64,000 nucleotides of DNA from Lytechinus pictus. Lineage: Eukaryota. The stretch covers positions 24,306,001 through 24,370,000 of the forward strand of contig NC_087250.1 of NCBI RefSeq assembly GCF_037042905.1. The letters run 5' to 3'. Shown here piece after piece: positions 41,701 to 54,963 of the stretch (within the stretch, counting starts at the first letter, position 1; each line of letters opens with the position of its first letter). Made by a program: the position numbers and the translations under genes. A model generated the notes under the pieces. That model was not told the DNA's origin and did not search any database. It saw nothing but the letters and a program-made list of their open reading frames with translations.

Positions 41701-43046
41701 CGATTCACCGGTTGTCCCTACGATACACGCGCGCCTATGGGGATTGTGAACTGTAGGAAAAATCGTATACAATTACACTTTTTGATATTTCTACGAAGAC
41801 GAAGTTATATAGAAAATGAAGAATATTACAATCAGACCATATCCCTAGAAAATTGCTTCAAGAAATGTCATTATGAAGAGGAAATGGACAAAAATTTGTG
41901 AAGAAAAATCACGAAAAAGGAAATCGCATCATGAATATTCATATCATGGGCGGTCCCACATTTGCATGTTATAGCGAGTTTTCCATTATTTAATAAATAA
42001 TGGTTATTTGTATATAAATAATGATTATTTGTATATAATGGCAAACTGTAAAAATTGTTTATAAATAATGATTATTTATAAATAATGGGATATTGAAACT
42101 AAATTATAATTTATAAATAATGAAGTAGATATTTCATTATTTAACCAATAATCTTTATTTATAAATAATGGAAAACTCGAACATTAAATAATGATTATTT
42201 ATAAATAAATGAGAATAATGGTGCACTCGAAAAAATTATTTATAAATAATGAAGTAGACGTTTTCATTATTTAACAAATAATCATTATTTATAAATAATG
42301 GAAAACTCAACAAATTATTTATAAATAAAGAAATGTGCACTGGCATTGATAATAAATAATTATTATTTTTGAATAATAGAAAACTAAATAAATAAACTAA
42401 TAAATAACGGAAAAACGAATTGCAATTATTTATAAATAATGAAGTATGTAGTGTCATTATTTATAAATAATGAAGTAGGTAGTGTCATTATTTATAAATA
42501 ATATAAAAACAAATAATCATTATTTATAAATAATGAAAAACAAATAATCATTATTTATAAATAATGAAAAACAAATAATCATTATTTATAAATAATGAAA
42601 AACAAATAATCATTATTTATAAATAATGAAAAACAAATAATCATTATTTGTAAATAATGAAAAACAAATAATCATTATTTATAAATAATGAAAAACAAAT
42701 AATCATTATTTATAAATAATGAAAAACAAATAATCATTATTTGTAAATAATGAAAAACAAATAATCATTATTTATAAATAATGAAAAACAAATAATCATT
42801 ATTTATAAATAATGAAAAACAAATAATCATTATTTATAAATAATGGAATGTCGAACTATTATTATTTACAAATAATGAAGTATTACTTGGAATTATATAT
42901 AAATAATTAGAAATTATATTTTATATAATAGTAGTTATTTACAAATAAAATGTAAATTATATATAAATAATAGTTATTATTTAATAAATAATGATTATAT
43001 AACAAATAATTGTTCTATATAATATTGGTACATTCGGCGCCTCATA
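38702..43046. mobile_element. 4.3-kb foldback element with ~2-kb inverted arms
   Basis: TATGAGGCGCCGAATGTACC...GGTACATTCGGCGCCTCATA. Arms ~38702-40685 and ~41017-43046 are near-identical reverse complements, flanked by TGTTT on both sides. Confidence 0.92.
38903..39262. repeat. 31-bp tandem repeat in the left foldback arm (~11 copies)
   Basis: Unit cattatttataaataatgattatttgttttt contains the perfect 18-bp palindrome CATTATTTATAAATAATG. Mirror array at ~42505-42845. Confidence 0.92.
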
Positions 43047-43850
43047 TGTTTCATCAGATTTCCCTTTCGATTTTCAGTGAAATACAATCCCCTTTGTTAA
43101 CATTTTTGTGTGAGTTTCTGGCATTTACATATGAACTGTCTATCTTTAATCTCTGATGAACACGTCGTTCACCATTAACTTTTGCACAGATACTCTTGAA
43201 CATTTTCACAGTACCTCATAGTCGATGCTGCATATCTTGCATTGCTTTTCTATAAAACCACTACAGGATTGTGACTAAAAACATGTATTTTATGCTAAAC
43301 AAGTGCCTGCAAATCAGGATGTGCTGGACCAAAATTAAAGCTAGACACCAGTTTTGTAACATTTATTCGCAAAATGTTTTAAGGGTAACATTTCACTGAA
43401 ATTTGCTGTGAAAATCTCTGTTGAAACCAAAACCAAAACCCCAAACTTGGAAAAAGTGGGTTTTGTACCTTTCGCCTTCGATGGACCATAACTTTATGAC
43501 TCGTGACAATAATTTGTGACCCAAATAAGGTGTCAGATGAGTTACTCAAATATATAGAATAGAAATCCCAAGAATAAATCATGCATTCTTGATATACCTG
43601 ACTTCTGAATTTCGGTTACCTTTTAAAAAAAATACACCCTGTATGTTAGTGCTCGGTTTATTGATAAAATCAGCTTGCGCTATGCGCTTGCATATTTTTT
43701 TGTGAAACTGTAACATATTCTACCAATATTAATTCTCACAAATAGTCCGTAAAATGTCCCGTTTCATGTCATCAATTAAGAAAAGTCATCTCTCGCTTTG
43801 CGCTGGTATTATTTATGTAGTTCTAAGGAATCTTATAAGACAGTACTTAA

Positions 43851-44439
43851 AGGGGAAAGAAACCTTTGGATCACGTAGGCTTGTGACGGAACAGAAAAAT
43901 CAAAGAATAAGAACAAAGAAAGTTTGAGAAAAACCAGACAAATAATGAGAAACTTATGAGCATTTGAATATTGCAATCACTAATGCTATGGAGATCCTCC
44001 CATTGTCAATGCAACAAGGATGTGTGATGTCACATGTGGACAACTTTCCCTTTGATGGACTATAAAATACCCCCCAAATGTCTATTTTTGCTTTTTCTTA
44101 TGGTGGTACAAACTCTTTATCCATAATGTGTTCTTTAATAATCTGTACTACATGCCCTCATATAGAAAGAACACATGATCAACTGATATATGTGATAAAA
44201 GAGGCAATTTAAGTGAAATATATATATACTAAAGTAATGGAGAGAGTTGTTCACAAGTGACATCACACATCTTTGTTGCATTGCCAATTGGAGGATCTCC
44301 ATAGCATTAGTGATCGCTATATTCAAATGCTCATAACTTTCGCATTATTTGTCCGATTTTTCTCAAACTTTCGTTGACCTGTTTCTTTGATTTTTCTGTT
44401 TTCACACAAGCTATCTTGTTCAAAAGGTTTCATTCTCCT
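43851..44439. mobile_element. TTAA-site palindromic MITE (Kolobok-like)
   Basis: ttaa|AGGGGAAAGAAACCTTT...AAAGGTTTCATTCTCCT|ttaa with long inverted arms. Confidence 0.75.
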
Positions 44440-44685
44440 TTAAACTTGAATCTCTATAGGACTCGCTCGAGCAGCCGTTCGAAGAAAAATGTGACTAGTT
44501 TTTCAGTCCTTTCTCTTATTGGACAAATCTGGTTCCGCCCCTGACTACATTTATGTTGTACAAAAAGATTTGAGATATCCATTTCATCTCAAAGTCAAGA
44601 TTACCAGTCGTGTCTTAATGCAACATGCGAGCAGATGTGTGAAATGACCCCTTCATTATACTTTTAAATGATTTTTTAAATGCAG

Positions 44686-44752
44686 TTTAATCAACGTTAT
44701 CAGGCCGGGGTCAGTGAAACAAATCAACTCCTCTAAGATGGCTTTTAAACAG
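44686..44752 (+). CDS. Calponin/transgelin-family gene, coding exon 3
   Basis: tgcag acceptor; (H)LINVIRPGSVKQINSSKMAFKQ; gtaagt donor; 67 nt, phase 2 to 0, fits exon 2. Absent from the ORF track. Confidence 0.92.
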
Positions 44753-45143
44753 GTAAGTACGTTATTTTGTTACTAATACTTGAGTATTCGAGTTATCCCA
44801 AGTGTCTAATCGGGATCCGCCGATTATTCGAACAGTGTAAATTTTGCTAATCGATTACCGATCGGCGGCAAGCCATCTGAACCATTCGATCAATCGGTGT
44901 TTACTCCCAGGCCTATTATTTACAAATAATGTGCACAGTATAATAATAATTTTGTGGTTAATAGCAATTTCGTGACATCAAATTCATTTGGTGTCTTTGC
45001 TGTATTCTAAATGAAGATAAAATTGTTCTCAGAATACCAATTCGGAGAGATTTTAAAGGTATTTTATCTCACTGATTTTAACAGAGATAAACTATTTTAT
45101 TTTACCTGAGATAAAATGGATATCAGAATACCATAGGGTTAGG

Positions 45144-45333
45144 GTTAGGCGTTGTGGCGTGCGCCTGTCATCCAAGCTGTGGGGAAGTTACAAATTGATG
45201 CAGAGGTTCGAAGTTCGAGCCCTGGTCACATCTTTCAGATGGTTACGTTAAAGGTCGGTCCCAGACGTAAATAATCATATCTGATTGATACACGTCTGAC
45301 AAAACTCAAATACACACACACACACACACACAC
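45144..45333 (+). mobile_element. Candidate SINE: 7SL(Alu-domain)-like head, Pol III B box, Deu-like segment, (CA)n tail
   Basis: GGCGTTGTGGCGTGCGCCTGTCATCCAAGCTGTGGGGA resembles the 7SL 5' end; GTTCGAGCC at 45213-45221; TCTTTCAGATGGTTACGTTAAAGGTCGGTCCC at 45231-45262; (AC)n at 45312-45333. Confidence 0.7.
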
Positions 45334-45559
45334 CACCCCAGGTGCTAAAATGGTTGAGTTTGCATTGTTACATCACACCTTTCATGACCAGAAGGAAATA
45401 AACGCTTTTTTGTTGAAGCAAGGTGACAGGAACATGCCGTCTGTTAGTGTAAAAGGAAAACATTGAATTGTATTCACTTACCTGTTTGGAGTTTTACTAA
45501 AATGAGTTTTACTAAAATCTGAAGAAGAAAAAACTTTGCGAGGCCTTAAGTCACCGGGG

Positions 45560-46968
45560 GTACTTCGATTTGGGTTAAACGGGGATGTGCGGCTGGAGGC
45601 TCAAAACCCATACCTTTATTATTTAAAAGTCATTTTGGCAAAAAGGGTACCCATAGTTAGGGAGTTTCATCTAAAAAGTGGCGATTCATCCAACAGATAT
45701 CTTTCATTTTTCCTTTAAAAAACGCGTTTTGTTTTCGCTTTCCCCGTACGTATTGTGCTTTTGACTCGCAGTAACCTCGCCTTTTAGAAAGTCTTAATTT
45801 AGCCTAAGTTGCGATCATCCGTGTGATTCTTTGTTCAGAAGTATGTTCCTGCAAACGCTGTTCTGGTTCCTGGTCGTGTTAATTATCACATTATAAAGTT
45901 TAAAGTGCATAAAATGAGTTTTGTTTCTATTTAAAGACAATTTGTTGCATTTGAACCAAGTAGACAGTTTACATAATTCATCATTTAAAGTAGATACTAC
46001 AATTTCAAGTTTTGGGTGAGAATAAAAAATATTGGTATCATCTGCAAATAGGATAAAAGATAATAAGGGGGAAGTTTTCGATATATCATTGACGTATAAT
46101 AGGAAAATTAGCGGCCCCAAAATTGACCCCTGCGGCACACCACATTCAACAGTTTTAAAGGTTGAATCTATTTCATTAAATGTAACATATTGTTGTCTAT
46201 ATTTGATAAATAATATTGTTTGTTTGTTTGTTTTATTTTCGTATATAAAACAACAGATACAAAGTACTTCGATTTGGGTTGAACGGGGATGTGCGGCTGG
46301 AGGCTCAAAACCCATACCTTTATTATTTAAAAGTCATTTTGGCAAAAAGGGTACCCATAGTTAGGGAGTTTCATCTAAAAAGTGGCCATTCATCCAACAG
46401 ATATCTTTCAATTTCCATTAAAAAACGCGTTTTGTTTTCGCTTTCCCCGTACGTGTTGTGTTTTTGACTCGCAGTAACCTCGCCTTTTAGAAAGTCTTAA
46501 TTTAGCCTAAGTTGCGATCATCCGTGTGATTCTTTGTTCAGAAGTATGTTCCTGCAAACGCTGTTCTGGTTCCTGGTCGTGTTAATTATCACATTATAAA
46601 GTTTAAAGTGCATAAAATGAGTTTTGTTTCTATTTAAAGACAATTTGTTGCATTTGAACCAAGTAGACAGTTTGCATAATTCATCATTTAAAGTAGATAC
46701 TATATACAATTTCAAGTTTTGGGTGAGAATAAAAAATATTGGTATCATCTGCAAATAGGATAAAAGATAATAAGGGGGAAGTTTTCGATATATCATTGAC
46801 GTATAATAGGAAAATTAGCAGCCCCAAAATTGACCCCTGCGGCACACCACATTCAACAGTTTTAAAGGTTGAATCTATTTCATTAAATGTAACATATTGT
46901 TGTCTATTTGATAAATAATCTTGTTTGTTTGTTTTATTTCCGTATATAAAACAACAGATACAAAGTAC
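45560..46968. repeat. 704-bp tandem duplication carrying a - strand Crack-like RT fragment
   Basis: Units start GTACTTCGATTTGGG at 45560 and 46264, with GTAC microhomology at 45560/46264/46965. Each encodes GVPQGSILG..LFADDTN on the - strand. Confidence 0.9.
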
Positions 46969-47059
46969 ATAAAATACATATAACATGAGATGATGAGGTC
47001 AATGTTAAGATACAATAATAAAAGGTGAGAAATAAAATAAATTATACGGCTGATAGTCC

Positions 47060-50000
47060 ATATTCAGCTGCAATAATGCATTGCTGCTGGTCTTCCATGG
47101 AGCCAGTTTACTTGAAAAAGGGATATGATTACCATAAAGTAAAGGAAGTTGACCATCAGATATAGAAGTGAAATCATTAAAAACAAAGAAAAATCATATA
47201 ACCTACACCTACCCCCCTCCCCCTCCCCCGGTGCAAATCAGTGATTTAACTTTATTTAGTACAGATATATTTCAAAAATGTATTTTAAAGGAATTGAAAG
47301 TGGTGACATTACGCACGCACATAGGAATTCTGTTTAATTCAGAGGCAGCTCGGTGAGAGAAAGATCTTTTTTTACTATTTGTTCTAGGTCTGGGTAAACA
47401 TACATTATTTGAATTTCTAAGAGGGTAAGGAGTAGCTTTTGTATGAAACACATTTTTAATATATTCAGTGGACATGTTGTTACTAATCTTATACATGAAT
47501 AATATTAAGTGAGTATACTGTCTCTTTTGAATAGTGTCCCAACCCAGAATAGAATGAATTTGAGAGGTTGAAGTGTGTGAACAGGTGGTCAATTTTCAAA
47601 ATTATTCTTCCAGCTCTATTTTGAATTTTTTGAAGTTGGTCAAGTAAAGATTTGTTTGCAGATTGATAGATAATGTCACCATAATCAAAATGAGGTAAAA
47701 TTATTGAGTTATATATTAACTTTAATTCTTTAGCCGTGCAATATAACCATTCATTCTCGCCAGTTTTTTTACATAAATAATTTACGCGATAGTCCCACTT
47801 CATGTTTTCATCCACAAAGACACCTAGATACTTAAAGCTATTCACTTGAGTCAGTAAATGACAGTCAATTTTTAGTTGTAAATGCTGTGATCTTTTAAGC
47901 ATTTTAGGTGTTCCAATCTACATGCTTATAGTTTTATCATAGTTTATTTTCAAATTATTCCTGTTCATACAGGCAGATAGACTTTCCAGTTCCGTATTAA
48001 GGACGAGTTCGATAACTCTAATATCGTTATGTGAGAAATATACTGCGACGTCAGCATGAAGGTGTACGGTGCACTCTTTAAATACAGAAAATTATATCAT
48101 CAATAAATGAAAAGAACAATAAGGGTCCAAGGAGAGATCCCTGGGGTACTCCCTTAAATGACACTTTCTTCTGATAAAATTCCATTAATGGATGTACGTA
48201 TTCTTCTATTAGTCAAATAACTTTTGAACCAATGCAATTCATCACCAGATATACCAGTATTTTTAAGTTTGGATAAGAGAATTGCATGATCGACCAGGTC
48301 GAAAGCCTTTTGAAGGTATATCATGATTACGATATATTGCACAAACCTCGTCCGACCAGTTCTGGTGGAGGCATCTGCATCATCCACCGTTCAACGGTCA
48401 AAGTGAGTCTTCAAGACTACAGCAACTTTCAGTCATTCGAGTTGATGGACTTCACCATTCGTACTAATGGTGCATCGGTGTTTCGTGTCTTTGCCATCTA
48501 CAGACCACCTCCATCATCAAAGAACAAACTAAGTTTTTCTTTGTTCTTGAAGGAATTTTCGTCACTTATGGAATCTGTAGCAATAGTTGACAACATTCCA
48601 CTTTTAGTTGGTGACTTCAACATACATGTAGATGACCGCAACGATAAAGATGCTACCACTTTCCTCAATACATTGGATGAGGCTGGTTTTCAGCAGCATG
48701 TTATGTATTCCACACATAGAGCGGGGCATACGCTAGATCTGCTGATAACCAGAAGGGTCGACGAAGTGGTCCCTGCGATTGATTCCATTAGGGGTCTTCC
48801 TTCTGATCATGACTGTATATGGTGCACTATTAACTTGGAACGCCCGCCCGCCACCAAGAAGCTTGTCACTTGCAGGAAGTTTCGTGATATCAATATGGAC
48901 TTATTTAAGTCAGACATTCTGACATCTTCTCTTACATCTTCGCTCTCATCGTGTTCTTCTGAAGCAGTTCTACAGTACAATTGTGTGCTGAAGGAACTGT
49001 TGGATAAGCACGCACAAATTCAATCATCTGTTGTGTCCTTAAGACCACGGGCTCCTTGGTACAACGACTCCATTCGACAGGCTAAGCGAGTTAAACGCCG
49101 TGCAGAGAGAAAGATGATGAAATCAGGCCTAGAGATCCACAGGCAGATATACCAACAACTCTGCAAGACCTACAATGACGCACTTACAGAGTCAAAATCA
49201 CAGTTTCTGTCAGCTGAAGTTGTAGAGTGTGACACAAAACAACTTTTCAAGTTCGTCCAAAAGCTGTCTTCCCCCGAGCGAGCTTCTGTGCTCCCCGATC
49301 GAGATTCAGATGAGTCACTAGCACATGACTTTGGTGAGTTCTTCGAGAGGAAAATTCATAAAATTATTGAAGGATTTGACCAAGTTCCATGTCAATTAGG
49401 GGAAATTCCTGGATGTGATAGTGAGTTTTCCTCGTTTGAGCCGGTATCTGAAAACCAGGTTAGAAAAGTGATCGGTGTCATGACTTCCAAATATTGCCAG
49501 CTGGATCCTCTTCCAACATGGTTGGTTAAAGGGTGTTTGGGTGAATTGGTACCAGTTATCACATCCATCGTAAACGGCTCGCTGTCTTCTGGGAGTGTTC
49601 CTGACAGCTTTAAGGTCGCTCAAGTAGTTCCCCTGCTGAAGAAACGTGGTTTGGATCCTAATGATCTTCGGAACTATAGACCTGTGTCCAACCAAATGTT
49701 TCTTGCAAAAGTTCTTGAAAGAGTTGCGAGCTTCCAGTTGAAAGCGTATCTAGAAAATAACTGCTTGTTTCCCATAATGCAGTCGGCCTATCGTTCGTTC
49801 CACTCAGCGGAAACAGCGCTCGTGAAAGTAATGAACGATCTCTTACTGGCTGTTGACAAGGGTAATGAGGCGATATTGGTTCTACTAGATTACAGTGCTG
49901 CCTTTGATACCATTGACCATGGAAATTTGATCTCCATCCTTGAATGTAGATATGGTATCAATGGTGTTGCTCAACAGTGGCTGGTTTCCTACTTAGAAAA

Positions 50001-50660
50001 TCGGAGACAGAGGGTCAAAGTTAACAACGCTATCTCAAAGACTTTTCCTCTCTCACAGGGAATCCCTCAGGGCTCCGTCATTGGTCCTTTGGCGTTTGCA
50101 TTGTACACCGGTCCTCTATCGCAGGTCATTAGCGCACATGAAGGAATCAAGCACAAAACCCAACATGGTCAAGCCCCTTCTTGTATTACCGACCTTCTCT
50201 CATCCAGGATCCCGACAACCTCCATTCGACTCCGATCTTCCACACATCTTCATCTGCAACTGGCCCAAGGACCCAGAGCTCGGACAAGGTATGGGAACCG
50301 AGCATTTAGTGTTGTTGCTCCAAAGCTTTGGAATGACCTTCCCATAGAATTGAGGGATGCCCCGTCATTCGAATCATTCAAAGCTTCTCTCAAAACTTCC
50401 CTTTACAATTCTTCCTTTAAGTTTTAAGTTAATTTTGTCAATATCAAACGATTATTCCTAATTTATTTCTTGTTTGTTTATGTGTGTTATACTGTTCAAT
50501 GTTATTGATGTATGCTATTTAATCGTTTTGTAAAGCGCTTAGAAACACCATGTATTAAGCGCTATATAAATACAATGTATTATTATTATTATTATATAAA
50601 AATAGCCCCTGTATACTGCCCATTGTCCGTATAATGAAACCAGTCATCCGTAACCTTTAG
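47060..50660 (-). mobile_element. Degenerate 5'-truncated Crack-like LINE split by an L2 insertion
   Basis: - strand LKVTDDWFHYTDNGQYTGAIFI (~50597-50660) continues as YLQKAFDLVDH at <=48320, then FKYLGV and PRPRTNSKKRSFS. Confidence 0.85.
48320..50595 (+). mobile_element. 5'-truncated L2 LINE with in-frame internal RT deletion
   Basis: APE motifs (IYRPP, VGDFNIH, GHTLDL, SDH); RT to GIPQGSVIGP, then a jump to HGQAP with no YADD; L2-type 3' end gtaaagcgctt...aagcgctatataaat and (TAT)n tail. Confidence 0.9.
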
Positions 50661-52821
50661 TCCGGCGGCCCAGGAGATTTATTAAACCGAAAGCCGGACA
50701 AGCAAATGACCCCGTAGCTGGATGGCATGGACCCTGAAGTTACAAAAATGCATTGCTGCCGGGTTCTATCCGTGGTCTTCCCTCCGAAATGACGTAATAT
50801 ATGACGTCACTACAAAATGGCCCTATTTCACAATTTTTTTGACATTCTACACATTACATGAAGTCAAGGGAGAATATCTCAACCAAACCATGCTTATTTG
50901 TTTGAAACTTTCAAAATATGTTGTTCATATAGTGCACAAGAGATATGCAAAGTTTCACGAACAGAAATTATTGTTTACATATGCAAATTACGTAATGAAA
51001 TTTGCATATCATTAGTTTGGGAGATTTCTTGTTTCAAAAATTGTCGAAAGTCGATTCAGAAATTTATTTTCTTTTTTAGTGTACTTTATTTGATATATTT
51101 CCTCTCAAGCATAATATCATTCTCTCCAACTATATCTATACTTTTTGAAAAATATATGTCGGTAATTGGAAATGACATTATAGACTGTGATTTCAGCCCT
51201 CTTTTCAATATGATGCGCACATAGAAATCGTGCGTTGTGGGCCTATATTTTCACCATATAGCTGAGGTGTGCGAACGATATGCCTACATTATTGATGTTT
51301 CATGCTATTAAATCTTCCAAACAACATATTTTCATCTTCATTATGTCTCTGCTGATAAATAAATCATTTCAGCAAAGATTGATTGCCCACTGGGCAGTCT
51401 ATAGGCTACGTTTTCAGCCCAGTTTTCAACAACGAACCTACACCATGTGTAACTGCATCGTTGTAGTCGAGTCGGATAAGGAGGTTCTTCTGTACCATCA
51501 AAATATTTTTCACTCAAATTTTTGTATTTGCCTGAAGTGTCTAGTTAATGAATCTTGATGTTCCCTTTGCAAAATCGTGTCCAACGGGGTTTAAAATTGA
51601 TATCTTTGGCGGCCCTCTTGGACTTTAATGAAAGTAAATTATTTTCATACTTTATTGCACAGAGTCTGACAATGGGTCAATGTTAAATGAATACGCATTT
51701 CACTATGATTTGGATAGTAGAAATCGGTTGAAATTGTTTTCTGAATAGTCCGGTTAATATATTATGAAAAAAAAAAAGAATTCATCAAAAAAAAAAAATT
51801 AAACCACAATAATCATGTGCATTGTCATCTATCTGTTTGATCTTGCATCGCCTTTGTTGATGTGCCTAACATGCAGAAATGCATGTAACGTGCTTAGCGA
51901 TCGATAGAAAAGGTATGTATTACTTGTATCATGTGTATGAGGGTAAAAGGCGTTTTCTACACAAAGCAACTTTTATAATAATGAAATCTCTTGAAAAAGA
52001 TAGAGGATCGAGGCATTGATCTGCGTTTTCATTCTGCATGCAATTACTCTCGGGCACCTTAAAGCATAGTCCCACAAGAGCCAGTAGAAGGTTACATACC
52101 ACACCCTTAGCCGTAGCTTGACTATAATAGTCAAGCTACGGATAAGGGTATTTATGATATCGTGCTTTTCGGAGCCCCAATGTGGAAAATTTTGTTTTGG
52201 GGATGTATTTTGTACGTATGGAACGCCATACGAATCACAAACAATTAACACACAGTGGCGTTCAGAAAATTATTATTTAGCTTTCATACCGATGATACCA
52301 TCCACAATTTTCTTTTTTGTCTATTTCGCTAATACGTTTTGAGGCCGCTACCCTAGTCAAGCACTGCTTATAGTAGCGGTCTCCAGCATTTTTTTTTTTT
52401 TTGTCTACTCAACAAAGTACAACTTATAATATTGCAAAATAATACTATCTATATACATTTTTGCAAATGAATGATTATTTGTATTTTTTTTTGTAAAAAG
52501 AAATGTATCACTATTTTTTTTCTTTATGTTGTACATTATGTTTGTTAATTATTTCTGTTGGAAAAATGCTGAAATAAAATCAAATCAAATAACAAGGCTT
52601 TTGTTGTTGTTGTTGTTACTAGAATATGACAATTATGAGTTTCATTCCACAAAGTTTTCGCAACTTTCAAAATTTGCGAAATGAAAATGGATTTATTTGA
52701 AATTAATCCGCAAATCCTGGCAAATTATAGCCCATGTGATACAGTGCTGCCCCCAGAATTAAACACAACACCTTAAATAATATATGCACTATGAAATATG
52801 ACAACTCGTTTTCCTTTGCAG

Positions 52822-52926
52822 ATGGAAAATATTGGGAACTTTTTGGGAGGATGCGAAAACCTAGGAATATCCAAGGTGGAGCTATTTCAAACTGTGGACT
52901 TATACGAGGCAAACAACATCCCACAG
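52822..52926 (+). CDS. Calponin/transgelin-family gene, coding exon 4
   Basis: ttcctttgcag acceptor; MENIGNFLGGCENLGISKVELFQTVDLYEANNIPQ (hallmark FQTVDLYE); gtaatt donor; 105 nt, phase 0 to 0. Absent from the ORF track. Confidence 0.95.
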
Positions 52927-54963
52927 GTAATTATACTTCAGTTTAAAAAGAAATTCCAGTAGTTGCAGTAAACACTGATTTCATGAGAACGTGGGACAGT
53001 GTATAATTATTGCTTTGAATGGGTGATTTCAAGTACGGTGTTGGAGTTCGGTGTTCGGTGTTGGTGTTGAGAGCGTGAAAAGGCTGCTGAACCGAGCCCC
53101 AACACCGAGCTGAGTTCAGAGGAGCGATACCGATCGCGTTATCGATATCCTATGACGTCACGCCTCTGCGCTGCTGATCATCTCAACTTTACGCGAGAAA
53201 TTCTCGACGACGAAAGTGAAATCGGGAAAATGCTATGCCTTGGAACGGAAATTTGAGTGTAAAAATGTGGGTATTTCGCAGCACATACCCACTATGCATA
53301 ATATACTGAGTGCCCCCCTCCCCCGGGGTTAAGTCGTGCTCGCCTTCTGTTCGTGAACTACAGTTCATCAACACCAACACCGAACATGAAATCACGATTT
53401 CCCCAATCCCTGGGGGTTGGTGTTGGTGAATAGGGATATTGCACGTAGATCGTCAACACCAGCTTTAATGCTCGGTTCAGCAGACGACATTCAACACAAG
53501 AGCTCAACACAAACTGCCGGAAATACGTCATACATGTATTTTCCGAGGTCAATCCCAACACCAGCGTGATTTCAAGTACGGTGTTGTAGCTGGTGTTGGT
53601 GTTGTCCCAACACCAACACCAGATTTCAACACCGTACTTGAAATCACCAATTGTCGTGCCCGACGCTCTCCCCGAATCCTGTGCTTATTTGCTGATTTCT
53701 CAGCAATTACACAATTTCTTCCAGAATCCTTTGGCACATACGTTTTATTTATACAAACAGACACTTTGGTGGTCATTTCATTGGATTCTGTACGAACTCA
53801 TTTTGATATCGTTACCAAAACTAGCATTTACCTTTAACAAATACCATGGTCACATTTGTTCTACGGCGGCCGTACGGCGAGTTGAAAACAGCCGTTTTAA
53901 CATTTTTTTGTCAAACTACATATAGGTGGTTTGAATCAAAATTAATAAAACGGCTGTATTCGACTCGCCGTACGGCCGCCGTAGAACAAATGTGACCATG
54001 GTATTAAGCTAGGCTTATTTAAATTGATGTGTACGATAGCAATGATCCCATGAAGGAAGTCACTCGATGTTGAGGTTAAAAGGACAAAGGCCAAGATCAC
54101 AGTGACATGTTTTCATCGTACCCTTCTGAAGTCCACTCGATAACTTTAGTTTAACTTAACCTAGGCTCATAATTTGGTGTGTATGAATCCCAGAAAGCCT
54201 ATTGATTTTGAGGTCAAAAGGTCAAAATCACAGTGACATGTTTTTCTTTTTTTTTTTATCTTACCATTCTGAAGTACTTGTTAATGCGATAACTTTAGTT
54301 TAACTTAACCTACAGGCTCATATATTTTGTTGTGTATGATACTAGCGCAGATACCAGCAATTCTATCGATTTTGAGGTCAGACATCCAAGGTGAAGTGCC
54401 ACCTTTCACTTTTCTTGCTTGACCAAAGGCAATAACTCCATGTTTTATGTTACAGGCGGGTGCATTATGTGCTCGCCTTAGCGACACTCTTTTTTAAACA
54501 AATAACATATTTCATCAATGGTGAGAGATCCAAGGAGTCCACTTGGCCGGCGCCAGTTGGTGCCAGTTCGCGCCAATGCTAAGCGGCTTTTGCGCCTCGT
54601 GCCGCCAATAAGGTTAAGTGTTTATGGCGCCGTTATGGCGCCACTACGCACCAGTTGAGAGGCAGTTTGAGACACTGCACGCCACAAGGAACCTTATTGG
54701 CGACAATAGACGCCACAATCGCTTTGCAGTGGCGCGACTGACACTAACTGTCGCCGGCTCAGTGCACTCAGTGAAATTCTGCCTTGCTGACAGATTCCTG
54801 ATCGGAGTAAAGCAAACCCACTTCAAGACTTAGCAGATGATGTCATCTTTGCGATTTGGAAGTGAATTTGCTTTTATTCCTACATTGGAGGCTGAATTTA
54901 GAATGAATTATCATCGACTTGTCGAGATTGCGAGATAGGCCCGACTTTAACCTGACATAATGA

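Larger units (their letters stand above)
38455..43641. mobile_element. Tc1/mariner-like MITE (TA TSD) split by the foldback element
   Basis: ta|CAGGGTGT...ACACCCTG|ta with ~200-bp imperfect TIRs (38455-38660 versus 43435-43641). Confidence 0.75.

Noticed and set aside
45134..45149. Interstitial telomeric repeat
   Set aside because: Only about two TTAGGG units; too short to call.
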